From contig SVHH01000005.1 of NCBI GenBank assembly GCA_015055945.1, positions 40,336 through 104,335 on the forward strand: 64,000 nucleotides of DNA, read 5' to 3'. This DNA comes from Clostridiales bacterium (GTDB lineage Bacteria; Bacillota; Clostridia; Christensenellales; Borkfalkiaceae). The notes beneath the pieces were generated by a model. It had not been told where the DNA came from and did not search any database. It worked only from the letters and a program-made list of their open reading frames with translations. Of this stretch, positions 28,894 through 37,876 are shown one piece after another (within the stretch, counting starts at the first letter, position 1; each line of letters begins with the position of its first letter). Both the position numbers and the translations under genes were made by a program.

Positions 28894-29805
28894 TTAGATT
28901 TCATCAATTTCGTAAGGTGTTAATTGATATACATAGTGGTTGAGCCAGTTCATATAAATAAGATTTGCGGTTGAAACCCAACTCATCTTAATTTCACCCT
29001 TGTTACCTTCTACGTAATAATTTTCAGGCGGGTCAACATTTATACCCTTTTCTAAGTCTCTAAGATATTCTTTTTCCAAAGTATCTCTGTCGTATTCAGC
29101 ATGACCTGTAATAAAGATGAACTTATTATCTTTTGAACGGATAATTGCAGCGCCCGCTTGTTTTGAAGATGCTAAAATAACAAGGTCTTTACAAGCCTTT
29201 ATGTCTTCTTCATACACGGTTGTATGGCGAGAGTGCGGCATAAAAAATCTATCGTCAGTACCCTTTAACAATCTATCGTATTTAATAAGTTTTTTGTGCT
29301 TATATACTCCGAAAAGTTTTTTAGGCAAGATATGTTTTTCAATACCGTAATAATAATGAAGTGCTGCTTGCGCACCCCAGCAAATAAAGAGCGTGCTGGT
29401 TACGTTGTGCTTTGCAAATTCTAAAATATCTTCAAGTTCTTTCCAGTACTTAACTTCAGTAAATTCTTTTTCTTCAACGGGTGCGCCAGTAATAATCATA
29501 CCGTCGAACTTTCTATTCTTGATTTCGGAAAAAGATTTATAAAATCTATCCAAATGTTCGAGAGATGTGTTTTTACCGATATAAGTTTCCGTACTGATAA
29601 GCGTGATATTTACTTGTAAGGGTGAGTTTGAAAGCAAACGCATAAGTTGCGTTTCAGTAACGATTTTAGTGGGCATCAAGTTGACGATTGCAATCTCAAG
29701 CGGTCTAATGTCTTGTTGCATTGCGCGCTTATCGTTCATTACGAAAATATTTTCCGACTGCAAAATTTTTGCAGCGGGTATATCTTTGGGTACAATAATT
29801 GGCAT
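28894..29805 (-). CDS. metA: Homoserine O-acyltransferase MetA
   Basis: MPIIVPKDIPA...IRPLEIAIVNLMPTK is a classic MetA N-terminus. 303 aa. Confidence 0.93.
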   Translation of the reverse strand: MPIIVPKDIPAAKILQSENIFVMNDKRAMQQDIRPLEIAIVNLMPTKIVTETQLMRLLSNSPLQVNITLISTETYIGKNTSLEHLDRFYKSFSEIKNRKFDGMIITGAPVEEKEFTEVKYWKELEDILEFAKHNVTSTLFICWGAQAALHYYYGIEKHILPKKLFGVYKHKKLIKYDRLLKGTDDRFFMPHSRHTTVYEEDIKACKDLVILASSKQAGAAIIRSKDNKFIFITGHAEYDRDTLEKEYLRDLEKGINVDPPENYYVEGNKGEIKMSWVSTANLIYMNWLNHYVYQLTPYEIDEI

Positions 29806-29829
29806 TATGCCACCCCCTTTTGTACTTGA

Positions 29830-31116
29830 CTAAATTTTTTCGAGTGCTTGTGCGATATCTTCAATTAAATCGTCAGCATTTTCAATACCGCAAGAGTATC
29901 TAATAAGTGTCGGCGGAATTCCTGCTGCTTCTAATTGTTCATCGCTCATTTGACGGTGAGTTGCGTTTGCGGGATGCAAACAGCAAGTTCTTGCATCAGC
30001 AACGTGCGTTTCAATGGCAGCAACTTTTAAGTTCTTCATAAAGGTTTCCGCTTGTTTTCTGCCACCCTTAACTGAGAAACTTACTACGCCGCAAGAACCG
30101 TTAGGCAAGTATTTTTGACCGAGTTCATAATACTTATCCCCAGGAAGTCCGCAATATCTTACCCATTCGATTTTATCGCTCTTTTGCAAGAATTCCGCAA
30201 CCTTTTGACCGTTTTCACAATGGCGTTTCATTCTTACGTGTAAACTCTCTAAACCTAAGTTGATATAGAAAGCGTGTTGCGGAGATTGAATTGAACCAAA
30301 GTCGCGCATGAGTTGTGCGGTGCACTTAGTAATAAACGCGCCTTCTTTACCAAATTTTTCCGCGTAAACGATGCCGTGATAACTATCGTCGGGAGTAGTT
30401 AAGCCAGGGAATTTATCAGCGTGTGCCATCCAGTCAAACTTACCAGCGTCAATGATTGCGCCGCCAACTGAAGTGCCGTGGCCGTCGATATATTTAGTGG
30501 TTGAGTGAGTTACGATATCTGCTCCCCATTCGATAGGTCTACAATTTATAGGTGTTGCAAAAGTGTTGTCAATAATAAACGGAACACCGTGTTCGTGTGC
30601 AACGCGTGCAAACATTTCAATATCCAAAACTGCAAGTGCAGGGTTTGCAATAGTTTCACCGAAAACCGCTTTGGTGTTAGGTCTAAATTCTTTGTGAAGT
30701 TCTTCTTCCGTGATGTCAGGAGAAACGAAAGTGAATTCGATACCCATCTTCTTCATTGTAACGGCAAAAAGATTGAAAGTTCCGCCGTAAATTGCTGAAC
30801 TAGAAATTACGTGATCTCCACAGTTAGCAACGTTAAAAATCGAATAAAAGTTTGCTGCTTGACCTGATGAAGTAAGCATGCCCGCAGTACCGCCTTCTAA
30901 CTGACAAAGTTTATTAGCAACTAAGTCGTTAGTCGGGTTTTGAAGTCTGGTGTAAAAATATCCGCTCGCTTCCAAGTCAAAAAGTTTACCCATGTCTTCA
31001 CTGGTGTCGTACTTAAAAGTAGTGCTTTGATAAATGGGGATTTGTCTAGGTTCGCCGTTTTTAGGGGTATAACCACCTTGCACGCAAACCGTTTCAATTC
31101 TTTTGTCTTTTGCCAT
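29830..31116 (-). CDS. metY: O-acetylhomoserine sulfhydrylase (PLP-dependent, MetY/Cys-Met family)
   Basis: 428 aa with PLP-lysine context HSTTKYIDGHG and an NPTNDL motif. Confidence 0.92.
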   Translation of the reverse strand: MAKDKRIETVCVQGGYTPKNGEPRQIPIYQSTTFKYDTSEDMGKLFDLEASGYFYTRLQNPTNDLVANKLCQLEGGTAGMLTSSGQAANFYSIFNVANCGDHVISSSAIYGGTFNLFAVTMKKMGIEFTFVSPDITEEELHKEFRPNTKAVFGETIANPALAVLDIEMFARVAHEHGVPFIIDNTFATPINCRPIEWGADIVTHSTTKYIDGHGTSVGGAIIDAGKFDWMAHADKFPGLTTPDDSYHGIVYAEKFGKEGAFITKCTAQLMRDFGSIQSPQHAFYINLGLESLHVRMKRHCENGQKVAEFLQKSDKIEWVRYCGLPGDKYYELGQKYLPNGSCGVVSFSVKGGRKQAETFMKNLKVAAIETHVADARTCCLHPANATHRQMSDEQLEAAGIPPTLIRYSCGIENADDLIEDIAQALEKI

Positions 31117-31146
31117 AATGTTCTCCTTATGTTATCGGATAACCGA

Positions 31147-31602
31147 TTATTTATAATTTTTAATTTCGCGCTCTTTTTCGCGCTTAATATCTCTTTCCAT
31201 GATAGAACGCTTTTTGTCGTAAGTGTGTTTACCTTGACACACGCCTAGTTCCATTTTAAGCAGCGCCTGCTTAAAATAAATCTTAAGCGGTACTAGCGTT
31301 AAGCCCTTTTGAGCAATCTTTGCGCCAACCTTTAAGATTTCTTCTTTTTTCAAAAGAAGTTTTCTATCTCTACGGCTATCTTTTGAATTAAACGCGCCCG
31401 ATTTATCGTAGACGGCAACGTGCATATTTTTAATGAACAGTTCTCCGTTATGTATAACGCAAAAACTGTCTTTAAGGTTGACGTTGCCCGCCCTAATGGA
31501 CTTGACTTCCGCACCTTCTAAAACAATGCCCGCTTCCAACTTGTCGAGTATAAAATATTCGTGACTTGCACTTCTATTAGTGCATACGATTTTTTCTTCC
31601 AT
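31147..31602 (-). CDS. smpB: SsrA-binding protein SmpB
   Basis: NRSASHEYFI...GAEVKSIRAG matches SmpB. Start set at ATG 31602; the longer ORF begins at a TTG with no SD. Confidence 0.93.
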   Translation of the reverse strand: MEEKIVCTNRSASHEYFILDKLEAGIVLEGAEVKSIRAGNVNLKDSFCVIHNGELFIKNMHVAVYDKSGAFNSKDSRRDRKLLLKKEEILKVGAKIAQKGLTLVPLKIYFKQALLKMELGVCQGKHTYDKKRSIMERDIKREKEREIKNYK

Positions 31603-31655
31603 AATAATTGCCTTAAAGATTATTTTACTACTTTTTACAGAATTTTGCAATAGGT

Positions 31656-33566
31656 TTACTCATTTTCTATAACAAATTCTGCTTTGCGTTCGCCAAAATT
31701 TACGCCCACAACTTTAATTCTTACCTTTTGACCGAGTTTAAAGGTTCTTTTGCCGTCTGTAAGCGTATAATTTTTCTCATCGTGAACAAATCTTTTTCTA
31801 CCGCGCAAGGTTTCCATTTTAACAAGCCCTTCTACGCCGCAGTCAAGTTCAACGAATACACCAAAACCCGTTACACCGCTAACTATTCCATCAAATTCTT
31901 CGCCAACAAAATTGCTGATGTATAAAATCTTATAGTAATCGTCTATTGCACGCTCGGCTTCGGTTGCATTTCTCTCCTTTTCAGACGACTGTTTTGCCGC
32001 TGAATATACGAAAGTGCCGTACTTTTCTTCAACGCTTACCTTTCCCGCCAAAAACTCTTTAATTATTCTATGAATTACAAGGTCTGGATAACGGCGTATA
32101 GGCGAAGTAAAGTGGCAGTAATGCTCTTTAGAAAGTCCAAAGTGTCCAACGTCATCGGGTGAATATTTTGCCTTTTGCATTGAACGGAGCATCACTCTAT
32201 TTATAAGCGTATATTGCGGGGTGTTTTCCGCTTCCTTTAATATAGTTTGGAAATCTTTCGGAAAAACTTCATCCTTTTTGCGCTTATATCTCACACCTAA
32301 ACCGTTTAAGAAAGTATAGAAGTTTTCTAACTTTTCTTCAGACGGAGTTTCGTGTATGCGATAGATAAATGGTTGTTCTAAATAATACATATACTCGGCA
32401 ACGGTAACGTTAGCAAGTATCATAAATTCTTCAATAATTCTATGCGCCTTATCACGCGGGGCGGGTTTAACAACTATTTCGCCTTGTTTATCGACGTAGA
32501 TTGCGCTTTCTTTAACGTCCAAATCAATGCTGCCTTCTTCATCTCTACGCGCAATTAAAATATCGGCAAGTTCGTTCATTAAAGTTATGCTCTTTATTAA
32601 AAGTTTATACTGTTTAATAAGTTTTTCGTCCCCGTCGATAATTTTTTGAACTTTTGTGTAAGTCATTCTTGCCGAACTTCTTATAACGGACGGAGTTATT
32701 TCATAATCGGTAACCTTGCCGTTTTTATTGACTTTCATCATACAAGAAAGTGTAAGTCTATCCACGCCTTCTCTTAACGAGCATAAATCATTACACAATT
32801 TTTCGGGGAGCATAGGTATAACTTGCTCAGGAAAATACACGCTTGTTGCACGCTCAAACGCTTCCTTGTCAATAATGCTATTATGTGTGACATAATGGCT
32901 TACGTCTGCAATGTGAACACCTAGTAAATAACTACCGTTTTTAAGTTTTTCAATAGAGATAGCATCGTCGAAGTCTTTTGCATCTTCCCCGTCAATCGTC
33001 ATGGTTAAAAGGTTTCTAAAATCCGCCCTATTTTCAAAATCAAGTTCAGTTGGCGCGCGTAAATTTTTAGCAGCCGCTTTTACTTCCTTCGGAAAATCTT
33101 CGGGCAGTTTATAAGTGTATAATATAGACTTGATTTCAGTTTCTTTATTGAACTGTCTACCTAAAACTTTTGTAACTATACCTTCGGGGTTTTTCTTTTT
33201 TGGATAAGACAAAATTTTGCAAACGACTTTGTCGCCCGCTTTTGCCCTTACACCTTTTCCAAAAGGTATAAATATATCGTTATAATATTTCCTTTCATCA
33301 GGCGTAACGAAACCACCGCTTTTACAAGTGAAATAAGTGCCGACAAGTTCAGTTATGCCACGCTCTAAAATCTTCAAAACACGCGCGGTTGTTCTTGCAC
33401 CTTCACCACAAGTGGTTTCAGCCAAAACCAAGTCGCCGTGCATTGCGCCCCTTAAATCTGAGTGCGGAATAAAATAATCTTCATTTCTTCCATCACTCGC
33501 TATTAAAAACGCATAGCCGCGCTCGTTGCCTTGAAGTTTACCTTCAATAATTTCTCTTTTTGCCAT
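31656..33566 (-). CDS. rnr: Ribonuclease R
   Basis: 636 aa with an RNB catalytic domain (DGEDAKDFDDAIS) and a C-terminal S1 domain. Confidence 0.93.
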   Translation of the reverse strand: MAKREIIEGKLQGNERGYAFLIASDGRNEDYFIPHSDLRGAMHGDLVLAETTCGEGARTTARVLKILERGITELVGTYFTCKSGGFVTPDERKYYNDIFIPFGKGVRAKAGDKVVCKILSYPKKKNPEGIVTKVLGRQFNKETEIKSILYTYKLPEDFPKEVKAAAKNLRAPTELDFENRADFRNLLTMTIDGEDAKDFDDAISIEKLKNGSYLLGVHIADVSHYVTHNSIIDKEAFERATSVYFPEQVIPMLPEKLCNDLCSLREGVDRLTLSCMMKVNKNGKVTDYEITPSVIRSSARMTYTKVQKIIDGDEKLIKQYKLLIKSITLMNELADILIARRDEEGSIDLDVKESAIYVDKQGEIVVKPAPRDKAHRIIEEFMILANVTVAEYMYYLEQPFIYRIHETPSEEKLENFYTFLNGLGVRYKRKKDEVFPKDFQTILKEAENTPQYTLINRVMLRSMQKAKYSPDDVGHFGLSKEHYCHFTSPIRRYPDLVIHRIIKEFLAGKVSVEEKYGTFVYSAAKQSSEKERNATEAERAIDDYYKILYISNFVGEEFDGIVSGVTGFGVFVELDCGVEGLVKMETLRGRKRFVHDEKNYTLTDGKRTFKLGQKVRIKVVGVNFGERKAEFVIENE

Positions 33567-33579
33567 AAAATCCTTAAAA

Positions 33580-33619
33580 AACTAAAAATAAAAGCGGTTT
33601 TGACGAGCAAAACCGCTTA
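33580..33619 (-). terminator. Rho-independent terminator after secG
   Basis: AAGCGGTTTTG/CAAAACCGCTT hairpin (33592-33618), followed in minus sense by UUUUAUUUUU. Confidence 0.8.
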
Positions 33620-33636
33620 ACAAAAATCTTCTTTTA

Positions 33637-33948
33637 TTACGCTGCAAGAAGTGCAACGATAGCAAAAACAATACATAAAACAGCGAATACAATGCTGCTT
33701 ACTACGGTAAGAACTTTCATTCTGTGTTCAAAAGTTTTACTCTTGTTTTTACCTAAAAAGGTTTCGGTTTGCCCACCGAGCGCGCCGATACCTGACGTGT
33801 TACCCGGTTGGAATAATACTACTAAAATGATAAAGATAGCGCAAAGAGCCATGATTACCAAGAATATAGGTTTAATTACATCGTGCCATACGCCCCATGC
33901 AGCGTTACCTTGGACTGCCATAAGCATATTTAACATATCGAATTTCAT
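33637..33948 (-). CDS. secG: Preprotein translocase subunit SecG (long form)
   Basis: Two TM segments flank a Gly-rich loop (QPGNTSGIGALGG). Classic secG-rnr-smpB neighbourhood. Confidence 0.8.
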   Translation of the reverse strand: MKFDMLNMLMAVQGNAAWGVWHDVIKPIFLVIMALCAIFIILVVLFQPGNTSGIGALGGQTETFLGKNKSKTFEHRMKVLTVVSSIVFAVLCIVFAIVALLAA

Positions 33949-34039
33949 AAAATTATCTCCTTAAACGTCCTTTTTCAAACGTTCACGCTGAACATTATAA
34001 CATAGTTAGACGTTTTTTACAACTGTTTTTAATACTTTT

Positions 34040-35581
34040 TTAACCGATAATTAAAGTTTTACCAGTCATTTCACTAGGAACGGGCACTCCCATCATATCG
34101 AGAAGCGTGGGCGCAACGTCAGCCAAAATACCACCGTCACGAAGTTTTGCACCGACAAAATCTTTGCCAGCAACGATAAACGGTACAAGGTTTGTAGTGT
34201 GTGCAGTAAACGGAGAACCGTCTTCTGCAAGCATTTTATCAGCATTACCGTGGTCGGCTGTAATAATTGCAGCACCACCCATTTCAACGATTTTATCTAC
34301 AACCTTACCCACACATTCATCAACCGTTTGAACTGCCTTAACCGCAGCGTTAAAGTCGCCAGTATGGCCAACCATATCGCAGTTGGCAAAGTTTAAAATA
34401 ACCACGTCGTATTCGTTGGTGTCAAGTTTAGCAAGCATCTTTTCAGTAACTTCTAAAGCACTCATTTCAGGTTGCATATCGTAAGTTGCAACCTTAGGAG
34501 ATGCAATAAGTTCTCTATCTTCGTTCGCGTTGGGTTTTTCCACACCGCCGTTAAAGAAGAAGGTTACGTGCGCATACTTTTCAGTTTCAGCAATTCGGAG
34601 TTGCTTTAAGCCGAGTGATGCAATATATTCGCCCAAAGTGTTTGTTAATACTTGGGGCTTAAACGCGATGCGAACGTTAGTAAAACTTGCATCGTATCTA
34701 GTAAAGCAAACGTATGCGGGATCAATAAATCCACTCTTTCTTTCAAAACCGTCAAATTCCTTTTCGCTCATAGCACGGGTAATTTGACGTGCTCTATCGG
34801 GACGGAAGTTGAAGAAAATAATGCTGTCGCCTTGTTCGATAAGCCCTACCTTTTTGCCGTCTTTAACAACGTGTGCGGGGATAACAAATTCATCGGTAAC
34901 GCCATTTTCATAAGAAGAACGAACGTAACTTTCAACATCTTCGGTTTGTTCTCCGTCACCTAAAGTCATCATATCGTAAGCCTTTTCAACTCTATCCCAA
35001 CGGTTATCTCTATCCATTACGTAATATCTGCCGCCAACCGACGCGATAGTACCGAAAGAGAGTTCTTCCATCTTTTCTTTTAGCGCTTTGATATAATCAG
35101 CCCCGCTTGTGGGAGAAACGTCTCTCCCGTCTAAGAAACAGTGGACGAAAACGTCTTCTAATCCTTGGCGTTTAGCGAGTTCAATGAGCGCGTAAAGATG
35201 AGTGATATGGCTGTGAACGCCACCGTCAGACAAAAGTCCGTAAAGGTGAAGTTTTTTGCCGTTTTTCTTGGCGTTGTCAATAGCGTATAAAAATTCTTCA
35301 TTTTCAAAGAAATCGCCGTCTTTAATTGATTTGGTGATACGGGTAAGTTCTTGGTAAACGATTCTACCAGCACCCATGTTGAGATGCCCTACTTCACTGT
35401 TACCCATTTGACCTTCGGGAAGCCCAACGTCCATTCCGCTTGCACCGATAAGGGTTGACGGATACTTTTGCATAAGTTCATTAACCTTTGCACTGTTTGC
35501 GCAAGCGATTGCGTTGCCTTTCTTTTCACAACTTGAACCGTAGCCGTCCATAATGATTATACAATTAGGTCTTTGTTTCAT
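34040..35581 (-). CDS. gpmI: 2,3-bisphosphoglycerate-independent phosphoglycerate mutase
   Basis: 513 aa with typical iPGM sequence (NSEVGHLNMGAGR, DHGNAD). Confidence 0.96.
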   Translation of the reverse strand: MKQRPNCIIIMDGYGSSCEKKGNAIACANSAKVNELMQKYPSTLIGASGMDVGLPEGQMGNSEVGHLNMGAGRIVYQELTRITKSIKDGDFFENEEFLYAIDNAKKNGKKLHLYGLLSDGGVHSHITHLYALIELAKRQGLEDVFVHCFLDGRDVSPTSGADYIKALKEKMEELSFGTIASVGGRYYVMDRDNRWDRVEKAYDMMTLGDGEQTEDVESYVRSSYENGVTDEFVIPAHVVKDGKKVGLIEQGDSIIFFNFRPDRARQITRAMSEKEFDGFERKSGFIDPAYVCFTRYDASFTNVRIAFKPQVLTNTLGEYIASLGLKQLRIAETEKYAHVTFFFNGGVEKPNANEDRELIASPKVATYDMQPEMSALEVTEKMLAKLDTNEYDVVILNFANCDMVGHTGDFNAAVKAVQTVDECVGKVVDKIVEMGGAAIITADHGNADKMLAEDGSPFTAHTTNLVPFIVAGKDFVGAKLRDGGILADVAPTLLDMMGVPVPSEMTGKTLIIG

Positions 35582-35605
35582 AATTCTACCTTTATTTAAG
35601 TTTTT

Positions 35606-35637
35606 GGCTCTGTCAAAGATTATCCAACGACAGAGCC
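35606..35637 (-). other. Intercistronic 9-bp stem-loop between tpiA and gpmI
   Basis: GGCTCTGTC/GACAGAGCC. No U-tract in mRNA sense. Confidence 0.5.
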
Positions 35638-35644
35638 TAAATAA

Positions 35645-36391
35645 TTAACCTTTATAGTTTACGATTGCAGCAAAGTCAGTAGCCTTCAAAGCAGCGCCGC
35701 CGATAAGACCGCCGTCGATGTTTCTCATAGCCATAAGTTCCTTTGCGTTAGCTGGTTTCATGCTGCCACCGTATTGAATACGAAGTGCCTTTGCAACTTC
35801 TGCACCCCAAGTTTTTCTAACCAAACTTCTAATGTAACCGATAGTTTTGTTAGCATCTTCAGCAGTAGCAGTTTTGCCAGTACCGATTGCCCAAACGGGT
35901 TCGTAAGCGATTACAATATTTGAAAAATCGGTAACGTCCTTAAATCCTTCAAGAATTTGCTTTTTCAAAACCTTTTTGGTCTTGTTCTTTTCTCTTTCAG
36001 TAAGCGTTTCACCAACGCAAACGATAGGCTTTAAGTCCTTTTTCAACGCTTGATGTAAACGTGCGTTTACGGTTTGGTCGGTTTCGCCAAAGTATTGACG
36101 GCGTTCACTGTGTCCGATAATAACGTATTCAACACCGATTTCTTTTAACATATCGGCAGAAATTTCACCAGTGAAAGCACCGCTGTCTGCCCATGCAACG
36201 TTTTCAGCACCGAGTTTAATCTTGCTACCAGCGATTGCAGCCTTTACCGCCCACAAATCAGTGTAAGGTACGCATACAACAACTTCGGGCTTAGATTTAG
36301 CAACCAAAGGTCTTAATTCGTTTATAAGTTCAACCGCTTCAGCAACGGTTTTGTTCATTTTCCAGTTACCAGCAATAATAGGTTTTCTCAT
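35645..36391 (-). CDS. tpiA: Triose-phosphate isomerase
   Basis: IIAGNWKMN, GHSERR and AYEPVWAIGTG motifs. Confidence 0.97.
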   Translation of the reverse strand: MRKPIIAGNWKMNKTVAEAVELINELRPLVAKSKPEVVVCVPYTDLWAVKAAIAGSKIKLGAENVAWADSGAFTGEISADMLKEIGVEYVIIGHSERRQYFGETDQTVNARLHQALKKDLKPIVCVGETLTEREKNKTKKVLKKQILEGFKDVTDFSNIVIAYEPVWAIGTGKTATAEDANKTIGYIRSLVRKTWGAEVAKALRIQYGGSMKPANAKELMAMRNIDGGLIGGAALKATDFAAIVNYKG

Positions 36392-36423
36392 GTCAGTCTC
36401 CTAATTTAAGTGTAATAGACAAA

Positions 36424-37737
36424 TTATTTGTTATTTAAGCATTCGATACCAGGGAGTTTTTTACCTTCGAAGAGTTCCAAAGATGCGCCGCCACCAGTTG
36501 AAATATGAGTCATCTTATCAGCAAAGCCGAGTTGAGTTACTGCAGCAGCAGAGTCGCCACCACCGATGATAGTGGTTGCTTCGGTTTCAGCAAGTGCTTT
36601 TGCAACAGCGATAGTACCCTTTGCGAAGATGGGGTTTTCAAATACGCCCATAGGTCCGTTCCAAATAACAGTCTTAGCGTTCTTAACTTCTTCAGCGAAC
36701 ATAGCAGCGGTTTTAGAACCGATGTCAAGACCTTGTTCATCAGCAGGAATAGCATCAATTGCGTATTCTTTGCATTCTACTACAGCGTCGATAGGATTGG
36801 GGAAATCTTTGGTAACGTTTGCGTCAACGGGAAGAAGAAGTTTTTTGCCGAGATCTTTTGCTTTTTGCATCATTTCTTTGCAGTAACCGATTTGTTCGTC
36901 GTCAACAAGTGAAGTACCAACTTCATAACCTTGAGCCTTTAAGAAGGTATAAGCCATACCGCCACCGATAATGAGAGTATCGCATTTTTCTAAAAGATTA
37001 GAAATAACTTTTAACTTGTCAGCAACCTTTGCACCGCCCAAGATAGCAACAAAAGGTCTAACGGGATTTTCTAAAGCGTCAGCCATTACAGAGAGTTCTT
37101 TTTCAATAAGGAAACCGCAAACAGCAGTATCAACGAAACCATATTCAGCAATAGCAGCAGTGGTTGCGTGTGAACGGTGTGCAGTACCAAAAGCGTCGTT
37201 TACGTAAATGTCGCAGTAAGATGCAAGTTTTTTGCAAAGTGCTTCGTCTCTCTTTTCTTCACCTGCTTCAAAACGAGTGTTTTCTAAAAGAACAACGTCG
37301 CCGTCTTTCATATTAGCAACTGCTCTATCAGCGTATGCTCCAACTACGTCAGCAGCGAACTTAACTTCCTTGCCGAGTTTTTCTGAAAGTTTTTCAGCAA
37401 CCGGGCGGAGTGAATATTTTTCTTTATCCTTAATTGCTTCTTGGTGGAAGTAGCAACGAAGTTCTTGTTGAGCGCTACGAGTTTCTTGCGCTTCAATTTG
37501 TTTCATTTCTTTTTTATTCAAAGCAAAGCCAACCGTTAAAACGTTGTGGGGCTTACCCATGTGTGAACAAAGGATAACCTTTGCGCCGTTATCAATAAGA
37601 TATTGAATGGTGGGAAGTGCGCCGTTGATACGAGTTTCGTCGGTAATCTTGCCGTTTTTCATAGGAACGTTAAAGTCCACTCTAACAAGACATCTTTTGC
37701 CTTTTACGTCTACGTCTCTAATAGATTTTTTGTTCAT
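36424..37737 (-). CDS. pgk: Phosphoglycerate kinase (with about 36-aa insertion)
   Basis: [16 protein letters not shown] and GGGDSAAA motifs. 437 aa versus about 395 aa usually. Confidence 0.95.
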   Translation of the reverse strand: MNKKSIRDVDVKGKRCLVRVDFNVPMKNGKITDETRINGALPTIQYLIDNGAKVILCSHMGKPHNVLTVGFALNKKEMKQIEAQETRSAQQELRCYFHQEAIKDKEKYSLRPVAEKLSEKLGKEVKFAADVVGAYADRAVANMKDGDVVLLENTRFEAGEEKRDEALCKKLASYCDIYVNDAFGTAHRSHATTAAIAEYGFVDTAVCGFLIEKELSVMADALENPVRPFVAILGGAKVADKLKVISNLLEKCDTLIIGGGMAYTFLKAQGYEVGTSLVDDEQIGYCKEMMQKAKDLGKKLLLPVDANVTKDFPNPIDAVVECKEYAIDAIPADEQGLDIGSKTAAMFAEEVKNAKTVIWNGPMGVFENPIFAKGTIAVAKALAETEATTIIGGGDSAAAVTQLGFADKMTHISTGGGASLELFEGKKLPGIECLNNK

Positions 37738-37800
37738 AATTTTCTCCTTATGGTGTTTAGAATTTTACCCCAAACTACCCTATTTTAACATTTCGTATTT

Positions 37801-37829
37801 ATTATATAAATAAATCCGCCGTTTGTCAA
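37801..37829 (-). promoter_or_regulatory. Consensus SigA-type promoter for pgk-tpiA-gpmI
   Basis: In minus sense: TTGACA (37829-37824), 17 nt, TATAAT (37806-37801). Confidence 0.75.
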
Positions 37830-37846
37830 ACATTTAACGGCGGATA
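37805..37846 (-). terminator. Rho-independent terminator after the Na/Pi transporter gene
   Basis: ATCCGCCGTT/AACGGCGGAT hairpin (37814-37845), followed in minus sense by UUAUUUAUA. Confidence 0.7.
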
Positions 37847-37876
37847 TTATCCATATATTTTCTATTATTTACAAAC

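Noticed and set aside
31117-31146. Looked for an S-box (SAM-I) riboswitch or T-box ahead of metY-metA.
   Set aside because: Only 30 nt separate the smpB stop from the metY ATG, so no riboswitch can fit.
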